Source of the DNA: a virus
IMG/VR virus record: IMGVR_UViG_3300022751_000017
Location: 27,187 to 91,186 of that record
Strand: one strand, 5' to 3'
Length of the DNA stretch: 64,000 nucleotides
Shown here in pieces: positions 57,474 through 64,000 of this stretch. The notes beneath the pieces were generated by a model. That model searched no databases. It had not been told where the DNA came from and was given only the letters and a program-made list of their open reading frames with translations. How positions within the stretch are numbered: the stretch's first letter is position 1; each line of letters starts with the position of its first letter. A program made the translations under genes and the position numbers.

Positions 57474-57623
57474 TGTTGTGTTATTTTAAAAATGAGGGAA
57501 GAGATACAGGTGCATTCCCGGCAGTAGTTACCTTGCGTGCCTGTTTCTTTTTTGTCACATTATGCGCTACTCTCAGGTAAGCGTAGAAGGTGTACATGAG
57601 ATCTGATTTCTTTTGCTGGCGAT

Positions 57624-57869
57624 TCATGATGTAGTAAATTTGTCTATGCGAATATTGTTTATAATGTATGTCTTTATTGCGTTTGGAATATCAAGTGCGA
57701 TAACTGCCCGAGCGACAGCTCCCTCGCTCAGTATGATATTGTTTCGCATTATGTAAACTTCATTCCATGTCTCTAGTCTGTTGTATGCCATTTCTGCAAA
57801 CTGAGCCCAGGAGTTAGCGTGTCCTACTTGTACGGGGAATCCTTGATTCTCGAATACTGTAATTTCCAT
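57624..57869 (-). CDS. Hypothetical protein (probable start MEITVF)
   Basis: ATG after an AT-rich leader within the 57624-57935 ORF. Confidence 0.5.
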   Translation of the reverse strand: MEITVFENQGFPVQVGHANSWAQFAEMAYNRLETWNEVYIMRNNIILSEGAVARAVIALDIPNAIKTYIINNIRIDKFTTS

Positions 57870-58064
57870 AAAATAATATTTTAACTGCGCCTCGTTCAAG
57901 GTGGTAAGCAAGAGCCGAGAGCGCAGGGGCATCACTGCCCAAATGAGGTTAATAAAAATAGTATAGTAAAAGGCCTGTTCCTATCCCATCAATCACTAAG
58001 GATATAAGAAGAGCTAGTAAAAACTTATCCTCCTTCAGCGTAGAGAATGCAAGCGTGTATATTG

Positions 58065-58340
58065 TCAGCATGGGATACCTGATTTAGCCATGGCCCATAA
58101 TATTGCGTCCTCATCATCTGTCAGCGCCGGCATATTAATTTGGTTGTTGATGCAGCATTCTACCATAGTGTAGTCTGTTTCTCTATCCCATATAGAGGTT
58201 ACTGTGAACTCAGCAGTATACTGTGCCCCCTCTTTAGAGAATGTTATATTTACCGCTGTGGTAGTAGTCGTGCTGGTGATTTTTGAGTTTGCTGTTACGT
58301 TATTCATCTGAAGGTATTTTATGGTTATTATTTTGGCCAA
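58065..58340 (-). CDS. Hypothetical protein
   Basis: Co-oriented ORF. Confidence 0.5.
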   Translation of the reverse strand: MAKIITIKYLQMNNVTANSKITSTTTTTAVNITFSKEGAQYTAEFTVTSIWDRETDYTMVECCINNQINMPALTDDEDAILWAMAKSGIPC

Positions 58341-58388
58341 ATTGCCCTTATTTTAAACCCGAATATTTTTAGCTATTTCGCATGAAAG

Positions 58389-58892
58389 TTATTGCCTGTA
58401 ATTCTTCAGCGCCTTGTATATATCTTTAGCAATGGTATTATCTGAAGATGTATAACCTTTCAGGTATCCGTTGTTGCTAAATTTAAGGTTCTCGATATAG
58501 CTATGCATCCAGCCATTACCACATATACTATCATAAAACATGGGGCCGCACAGGCTTATTTTGCCTTCTTTTAGGTGTATATATGCTTGGCAATCTTCGG
58601 GGATCATCTGCCTTACCTTCTCGAACGTTTTATTAATTCGCTGGGCATATTGAACACTGTATAACACCTTATCCACTTTACGCACGGTAACAGATGGGTT
58701 ACCGGGATTATTGCCTATTGCAATACTATTGTATGCTCCAGTGAATGCAAGTAAATCAGAAGATATTATTTGCCTCATTTTATCGGTTATTATAGCCCCT
58801 GCTTTATTCACCCAGTAAAATACATCGTTTGTATTTTTTACAAAGGCTGTAGTATTCTTAAATGTCATTTGATATGTTACCATAACTTCCAT
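58389..58892 (-). CDS. Hypothetical protein
   Basis: 167-aa co-oriented ORF. Confidence 0.65.
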   Translation of the reverse strand: MEVMVTYQMTFKNTTAFVKNTNDVFYWVNKAGAIITDKMRQIISSDLLAFTGAYNSIAIGNNPGNPSVTVRKVDKVLYSVQYAQRINKTFEKVRQMIPEDCQAYIHLKEGKISLCGPMFYDSICGNGWMHSYIENLKFSNNGYLKGYTSSDNTIAKDIYKALKNYRQ

Positions 58893-58961
58893 TTTTTAAG
58901 TGAACCTCCCCGGTAAAGGGGAACGCACGGTTTATTACGCCTTAATCACTATTTAAAATCT

Positions 58962-59156
58962 TTAACTTTCGGGGTCAAACTGCAATTTCTCTATGTATTC
59001 TTTAAGTCCTTCATTAGTCATTACGCTATCTGGCTGATAAGTGCTTTTATCCTGCCAATTTTCATCGTGATTTATTAGTGTTATTTTTACATTCTCATCA
59101 TTTGTAGCTATGCAGGCAATCTCACCTTGTTTAATTTCTATTACTATGTGTGTCAT
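58962..59156 (-). CDS. Hypothetical protein
   Basis: Co-oriented ORF. Confidence 0.6.
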   Translation of the reverse strand: MTHIVIEIKQGEIACIATNDENVKITLINHDENWQDKSTYQPDSVMTNEGLKEYIEKLQFDPES

Positions 59157-59168
59157 AATATTTTGATT

Positions 59169-59627
59169 TTAAGATAAAAATAATAGTTGTGGTATATAAT
59201 CAGTTATTGTTGTGGTATCGTTATCCTCAACCATTTTAAATCTGATATTGCAATCATCATTGAGACAGGTATGTATTTGATAATGCCCCGCATGGTCTGA
59301 ACTATCAGTAAATTCTGTTCTTCCACCACATAATGGGCAGGTAGCAGGCTGATCGCCTAAAATATAGGTGTCTGCGCCACATTCTAAAAGGTATTCGCAA
59401 GGGTCAAAGGCCGGGTTTTCAAGGCTGTAAATATCTATCATCAAGCTATTGAGTTGCGCGGCCTCTTCAGGTGAGAATAAGCCCACAAAATTACCTTTTT
59501 GGTCTGTCCACCCTATATCTTGCGCTGGGTCTTCAGGGTGATATGATTCTCTATTTACAAAAAGGGCATGCAGGAATATTTGCGCCTCTGTTACATTGGT
59601 TATTTTTGCTGGTATTGTGGTTTTCAT
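59169..59627 (-). CDS. Zn-ribbon-containing protein
   Basis: YHPEDPA.DI motif and CPLCG...HTC....C. Confidence 0.65.
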   Translation of the reverse strand: MKTTIPAKITNVTEAQIFLHALFVNRESYHPEDPAQDIGWTDQKGNFVGLFSPEEAAQLNSLMIDIYSLENPAFDPCEYLLECGADTYILGDQPATCPLCGGRTEFTDSSDHAGHYQIHTCLNDDCNIRFKMVEDNDTTTITDYIPQLLFLS

Positions 59628-59628
59628 G

Positions 59629-60003
59629 TTAAGATATTTGTATAGCTACATTGCAGCCGTAAAATGATATTGATGTCTTGTTTTTATGGGTTGTAACTTT
59701 AAAATGAAGTGGGGTAAGTCCTAGAAAGTGACAGGCATTATTTTTAACCGCCTCTTCAATTTCTGTTAGTGATACAGCACCGTTTTTACTAATTATTTGG
59801 GAGTAGAAAGTTCCCAGCGCATCAATAGCTTTGGCAAATTCCGACATCTTTAAACATTCTTCAGCATATGCCCTTATTGCCTGGGCGGTATCTGATATAT
59901 TTGTTAGTGGCTTGCCGTGCTTATTGTATAACCCGGCACCATCATTTTGATATGACTCAGCAAATGCTGTATTTATTGTGAATTTTATTTGTATATGTTT
60001 CAT
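59629..60003 (-). CDS. Hypothetical protein
   Basis: Co-oriented ORF. Confidence 0.6.
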   Translation of the reverse strand: MKHIQIKFTINTAFAESYQNDGAGLYNKHGKPLTNISDTAQAIRAYAEECLKMSEFAKAIDALGTFYSQIISKNGAVSLTEIEEAVKNNACHFLGLTPLHFKVTTHKNKTSISFYGCNVAIQIS

Positions 60004-60060
60004 AGAGCATGTATTAATAGTGAAAACTTAAAAATGATAGGGTTACAGGCTTACAACGTC

Positions 60061-60369
60061 TTAATTCCCAAATGTTATACGCCAATGTTTTATTGCTGCG
60101 GCCCACCATATAGAGTATTTGGTAACCGGACCATATATTTCATAAACTAATTTTGTGATTTTCGTTAATTCTACATCCGTTGGCATATGCTTACAGGTAT
60201 AATTTCCTAATATGCCGTCCCAATCTTTTATAAATTCCGTCCCAAAAAAATCAGATGATCTTTTTTCCCATGTATGACCCTTCAGCAGCTTTAATTCTTC
60301 TGACGGGTCAATTCTTTTAACTTGTATAGTAATAAATAAATCCTGGTAAATGCTATTAGTAGTATTCAT
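60061..60369 (-). CDS. Hypothetical protein
   Basis: Co-oriented ORF. Confidence 0.6.
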   Translation of the reverse strand: MNTTNSIYQDLFITIQVKRIDPSEELKLLKGHTWEKRSSDFFGTEFIKDWDGILGNYTCKHMPTDVELTKITKLVYEIYGPVTKYSIWWAAAIKHWRITFGN

Positions 60370-60479
60370 AAAATAGATATTATTTGTTGTAAGTTATTAC
60401 CCATCTGCTATTTATAGAGGCTTTGGACTCTCACCCGTTCTGGCGTGGCTGCATTAGTAAGGGGGATAAACCCCAAACG

Positions 60480-60890
60480 TTATTTATTTAGTTTTTTATG
60501 AAGCTGGAAGAACTTGTTTGATATGTAGTTAAACCAGTTACCTATAATCTTATTTTGTTGTCCTGATGTTGGATTGCTTGACAGGCTGCCCCACTCTTTG
60601 GCTATTTCTATTATTCTATAATTCTCAAAGTCTATATTTATAATACTAGGCAATCCAGCAAGCCAATCTGCAAAACGATCTATTTCATTAGGTAGGCGCT
60701 TTATATTGTCGGGATAATTAGCTATGGCTTCAAATTCAGACATTACAAAGTTTACTTTGCTTTTATCATCGGTCAATACTACATCTTCATAACCGGCGGC
60801 ATCTATGGTGTCAAGTATGTATTTATTGATCTTATCGGCCAATTCTTTGCGGCTTAATACTACTGTGGTAACTGTGTTTAAAGTGCTCAT
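60480..60890 (-). CDS. Hypothetical early protein (probable start MSTLN)
   Basis: FADWLAGLPS.I.I.F motif; ATG downstream of the promoter at 60929-60936. Confidence 0.65.
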   Translation of the reverse strand: MSTLNTVTTVVLSRKELADKINKYILDTIDAAGYEDVVLTDDKSKVNFVMSEFEAIANYPDNIKRLPNEIDRFADWLAGLPSIINIDFENYRIIEIAKEWGSLSSNPTSGQQNKIIGNWFNYISNKFFQLHKKLNK

Positions 60891-60928
60891 GCTGTAAGTA
60901 TTTAAATTGTTAGTGATTAATAACACCA

Positions 60929-60936
60929 CAAAGATA
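60929..60936 (-). promoter_or_regulatory. -7 box TATCTTTG heading the early minus-strand block
   Basis: Reverse complement of CAAAGATA. Confidence 0.65.
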
Positions 60937-61029
60937 AGCAACTATTAAACATATTGTACATTATTTATTTCATATTTGTTTACATAATGTATTAATACTT
61001 GAAGTCCATGTTAAAACCCCAATATTTAT

Positions 61030-61320
61030 TCTCCCCTTTCCCGGTGCCATCGCCACCGCTGCCCTATAGCACCCCGAACCCTGACCCCCCAAAGAAACAA
61101 CCCCCACAAAGCGAAGCACCACACCTACCCAGGCACCACCACAGAGCACAAGAGGCAAGAGACAGAGGAGCGGAACACATCCACAGAGAGACCAGGAGGC
61201 AGCCAAGGAACGCGGCAAGGAACGGAAGGAGGCAAGGCACTTGGAGGAACTACTTCACACCCGAGGGAGGCCGGAAGGAAGGGGAGGGGGTCCACCGAAG
61301 GGGGAGGGGGGAGGGCGGAA
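61030..61320. other. Strongly skewed non-coding strand-switch region (C-rich, then T-depleted, then G-runs)
   Basis: Only 2 T in 61083-61240; five G-runs in 61281-61315. Confidence 0.75.
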
Positions 61321-61398
61321 TTGTACTGGTGGGTATAGCGATTTCGTATGCACTATAAAAAAATATAATTTTCAGAAGCCAAAATTTTTTCAGAAAAA

Positions 61399-61884
61399 AT
61401 GAACACACTTTTCGAACGCACAACAGATGGTAAGGATGAATGGCTTACCCCGCCAGAGATAGTTAGATCCTTAGGTATCTTCGATTTAGACCCATGCAGC
61501 CCGATAAATAGGCCTTGGGACACGGCAAAACAGCATCTTACCATTGAAGATGACGGACTTAGCGCAGCGTGGGCGCAGGAGCACCGAATTTGGTGCAACC
61601 CTCCGTATGGCAACCAATGTAGCCTATGGATAAAGAAACTGGCGGGACACGGGAACGGTATCGCCCTAACATTCGCCAGGACAGAAACTAAGATGTTCTT
61701 TGAATCCATTTGGAATAAGGCTCATGCGGTGCTTTTTATAAAGGGAAGAATCAGGTTTTACCATGTAAGTGGAGAGCAGGGAGGCACTGCCGGAGCACCA
61801 AGTATCCTCATCGCTTATGGTCAAGAAAATGCCGAAGCACTAAAAAATTGTGCTATAAAAGCCAAATTTATAACACTCAAGTGA
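61399..61884 (+). CDS. Phage DNA N6-adenine methyltransferase (phage Dam family)
   Basis: DEWLTPP, FDLDPC, DGL...W, IWCNPPYG, ARTET, FIKGRIRF. Confidence 0.92.
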   Translation: MNTLFERTTDGKDEWLTPPEIVRSLGIFDLDPCSPINRPWDTAKQHLTIEDDGLSAAWAQEHRIWCNPPYGNQCSLWIKKLAGHGNGIALTFARTETKMFFESIWNKAHAVLFIKGRIRFYHVSGEQGGTAGAPSILIAYGQENAEALKNCAIKAKFITLK

Positions 61885-61915
61885 AATAATATTCTTATTA
61901 TTCGCACAATAATGC

Positions 61916-61923
61916 TATATTTG
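61916..61923 (+). promoter_or_regulatory. -7 box TATATTTG
   Basis: Consensus match; implies the HTH gene starts at 61945. Confidence 0.55.
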
Positions 61924-61944
61924 CTCGAATTAATAGCACATCAA

Positions 61945-62142
61945 ATGCAAAAAGTACTTGAAGGCATAATGAAGCGAGAAAATGTGTCAGCTGAAAAGCT
62001 ATCCGATTGGTGTAAATTTTCTCCTACAACCTTTCGCCGGCAGTTACGCAGAGAAATAAAAATGGACGTCTCCGTTTTTAGCGAAGCCCTGGGAAAGTTA
62101 GGGTACAAAATACTGATCGTTAAAAATGAAGATATAGTTTAA
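61945..62142 (+). CDS. Cro/CI-like HTH protein
   Basis: MKRENVSAEKLSDWCKFSPTTFRRQL...LGKLGYKI pattern. Confidence 0.7.
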   Translation: MQKVLEGIMKRENVSAEKLSDWCKFSPTTFRRQLRREIKMDVSVFSEALGKLGYKILIVKNEDIV

Positions 62143-62147
62143 CTTTG
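62140..62147 (+). promoter_or_regulatory. -7 box TAACTTTG followed by two leader hairpins
   Basis: Consensus match; hairpins TAACCACTC/GAGTGGTTA and ATGGGGTGCG/CGCATCCCAT plus T-run before 62251. Confidence 0.5.
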
Positions 62148-62250
62148 TGAACAATAACCACTCACTTCCTTGGCCGGCGAGAGTGGTTAGCAATAACCTC
62201 CAAATGGGGTGCGTAGTAGGCCAAGTGCTGCGCATCCCATTTTTTATTTT

Positions 62251-62721
62251 ATGCCAAGAATATCAAGGATAGTTAAAAAATTTTTGGATAGCGGCGCCAA
62301 GTTCCATTCTGGCAGTGGATTATATGTATGGAGCAACGGAGATATAAATGCTGATAAAATATACCAGTCAGGTAAATATCCACAAGTGATAGACTGGGAT
62401 GGCAGAAAATGGATGGTTCATCGATTGATTGCGGAGTGCTTCATTCCAAATCCAGATAACAAGCCTGTAGTTAATCATATAGATGGTGATAAGTACAACT
62501 ATAAAATCGAAAATCTGGAATGGGCAACACATAAAGAAAACGTATGCCATGCCCGGCGCACCGGATTAAATAAGGGGCCGGCAAACTTCAAGCCAGACCA
62601 AATATTAAGAATCAGGGAACTAAATGCAAATCTATACGACTTAGCTGCAGAGTATAAAGTTCCATATCATGTAGTCCATAATGCCCATTTTCTAAAAACT
62701 TATAAAAACAAATTCAAATGA
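62251..62721 (+). CDS. HNH homing endonuclease (I-HmuI/NUMOD4-associated type)
   Basis: VHRLIAECFIPNPDNKPVVNHIDGDK.N...ENLEW.T..EN. Confidence 0.92.
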   Translation: MPRISRIVKKFLDSGAKFHSGSGLYVWSNGDINADKIYQSGKYPQVIDWDGRKWMVHRLIAECFIPNPDNKPVVNHIDGDKYNYKIENLEWATHKENVCHARRTGLNKGPANFKPDQILRIRELNANLYDLAAEYKVPYHVVHNAHFLKTYKNKFK

Positions 62722-63185
62722 AGCCAGCACAGTTAATTGTAACAAAAAAGTATCCAATAGAGCTACCATCAGTAAGCTATTATGGAGCCCCTTCTGTATA
62801 TAAAGTATGGTTTGGTAAATCTTATTTTATATGGAAGGGTAAGTCGCTGAAGCAGTCTGCAGAGCAGCTGTCTGAAAGCATAGAAAGATACCTTCGATTG
62901 GGTAAAGACGATCCGGACAGCGTATTGTATGTGCTGGGAGCATTTATTCGTAAGACCAGGTGTCTGAGAGGTAAGATAGAAATGGTAGACTCAGATATGA
63001 GGAAAGAAGGGTCATCCGTGGCCATTGATATATATAGGATGCTTAGACTGGAGCAGGACTTGCTTAATGAGGCCATGGAGAACAAGAAATGCCTAAACTA
63101 TAACCAACAGGCATATATTCCCAAATGGATGGAGAATGAGGCGCCTGGTGAAGTTCAAAAATTCTTAAGAAACTGGAAGAAATGA
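62718..63185 (+). CDS. Hypothetical protein, possibly a degenerate GIY-YIG fold
   Basis: SVYKVW....YFI.KG...LEQ.LL...CLNYN pattern. Confidence 0.5.
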   Translation: MKPAQLIVTKKYPIELPSVSYYGAPSVYKVWFGKSYFIWKGKSLKQSAEQLSESIERYLRLGKDDPDSVLYVLGAFIRKTRCLRGKIEMVDSDMRKEGSSVAIDIYRMLRLEQDLLNEAMENKKCLNYNQQAYIPKWMENEAPGEVQKFLRNWKK

Positions 63186-63718
63186 AACCTATAAAAATAA
63201 CATCGATACCCATTTTCCCTTCTACAAATGTAAGAAGCACGCAAAATGAAAAATGGCTTTTTAGAGTATCTGAAGAATACCTAAAGCAGCTGGATGACAA
63301 TAGAGTTGATACACATGGCAAGCCAGGCCATTTAGCGGCAAGGAAGCGGCAGCTTGAGAAGTACAACGCATATAAGGAAGAGCTCAGGAACTGGGCTAAG
63401 AAAAATGAATTTATAATGCCTATTGGATATTTTGCTGTACACTTTCATGTACCCTTCCCGAAATCGTGGAGAAAGCCCAAGCGAGCCAAAATGCTGCATT
63501 CGCCACACATGAATACTCCTGATGCCGATAACTACATTAAAGCGCTATTCGATGGCATTATGCCCAGGAGGAATAGAGTAGCCGGCCAACAAGGGTCTGA
63601 TGACCGAAAGATACACTGCTACTCAATGTTCAAGGTGTGGGTTGAGGAAGGGGATGAAAAGATAGTCATTGCAGAGTATGATCCATCAGAATATAGCATG
63701 GTCTTCAGCCTCCATTAG
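63182..63718 (+). CDS. rusA: RusA-family Holliday junction resolvase
   Basis: F.VPFPKSW...H..TPDADNYIKALFDG...DDRKI. Confidence 0.85.
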   Translation: MKPIKITSIPIFPSTNVRSTQNEKWLFRVSEEYLKQLDDNRVDTHGKPGHLAARKRQLEKYNAYKEELRNWAKKNEFIMPIGYFAVHFHVPFPKSWRKPKRAKMLHSPHMNTPDADNYIKALFDGIMPRRNRVAGQQGSDDRKIHCYSMFKVWVEEGDEKIVIAEYDPSEYSMVFSLH

Positions 63719-63739
63719 ATACCAACAATAATGCCTTTA

Positions 63740-63771
63740 AAAAATAGCTGCCAAATATGGCGGCTATTTTT
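63740..63771 (+). terminator. Intrinsic terminator
   Basis: AAAAATAGCTGCCA-aata-TGGCGGCTATTTTT. Confidence 0.75.
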
Positions 63772-63834
63772 ATGCCAAATAAAATACCTTAAAATAAAAT
63801 AAATAAAACAGAAAATTTGGAAATGTCGAATATA

Positions 63835-64000
63835 CTACTCCGCACTTCGCACAATGTGTTTTGCCCAATTGAGTATGTGTGCGAGATGTATTCTGTAAGT
63901 AGTATCCCTACGGGAATATATTCGAAGAATTACTACTTACAGAATACATCTCGCACACATACTCAATTGGGCAAAACACATTGTGCGAAGTGCGGAGTAG
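63835..64000. repeat. Perfect inverted repeat with arms of at least 70 bp and a 26-nt two-hairpin tip (cut by the window end)
   Basis: 63835-63904 is the exact reverse complement of 63931-64000. Confidence 0.95.

Larger units (their letters stand above)
1..64000. mobile_element. Tailed phage genome segment (crAss-related podovirus, probable Bacteroidota host)
   Basis: Portal, major capsid, TerL, ring/muzzle-like tail proteins, lysozyme and small early genes; no host housekeeping synteny; Bacteroidota-type TAnnTTTG promoters. Confidence 0.93.

Noticed and set aside
57885-57930. Hairpin containing GTGGTAAGC, like the leader hairpin loops
   Set aside because: Stem is unrelated and local genes are on the opposite strand; probably coincidental.
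60970-61358. ORFs 60970-61218 (-) and 60999-61358 (+)
   Set aside because: Low-complexity translations produced by the T-depleted skewed tract.
1-64000. Stop-codon reassignment (TAG/TGA), as in some crAss-like phages
   Set aside because: Long genes are intact and densely packed in code 11; TAG and TGA both end genes; the only tRNA found is not a suppressor.
1-64000. CRISPR array, DGR or retron reverse transcriptase, integrase, introns/inteins in TerL
   Set aside because: No regularly spaced repeats, RT motifs or recombinase motifs seen; TerL is uninterrupted.

Overview
The whole window is phage DNA in the standard genetic code. It looks like a crAss-related podovirus of a Bacteroidota host: it has many TAnnTTTG -7 promoter boxes, A/C-rich leaders without Shine-Dalgarno motifs, and signal peptides that cleave before Gln. 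Family assignments come from motifs read by eye, not from database searches. Layout: accessory membrane/OMP genes (0.9-3.7 kb); tail muzzle/stabilisation-like protein; tRNA-Phe; a minus-strand GroEL plus an unusual five-domain GroES; four fibre-like genes carrying Sec-type signal peptides; a lysis cassette with lambda-type lysozyme and a putative unimolecular spanin; portal; HNH and tandem-RHH inserts; scaffold-like gene and major capsid; fibre and ring proteins with a Tad2/DUF2829-like insert; four almost Cys-free ejection/cargo proteins; a PAPS-reductase-like gene; terminase; a minus-strand block of small early genes with dUTPase; a strongly skewed strand-switch region; then N6A MTase, HTH, HNH, RusA and a 70-bp inverted repeat with a T-shaped tip running off the window end. 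Strongest hunt results: (1) a GroES polyprotein with a probable internal start, sharing a 17-bp palindromic operator with a tandem-RHH gene and the structural operons; (2) two small basic genes overprinted in the +1 frame of the acidic linker of the largest cargo protein, both missed by the ORF track; (3) fibre-like proteins that appear to be Sec-exported; (4) only two Cys in about 3,700 aa of cargo, both at the junction of two overlapping genes; (5) a tandem covarying RNA hairpin leader; (6) the terminal T-shaped inverted repeat. No DNA polymerase, primase, integrase or recognisable virion RNA polymerase is visible in the window.
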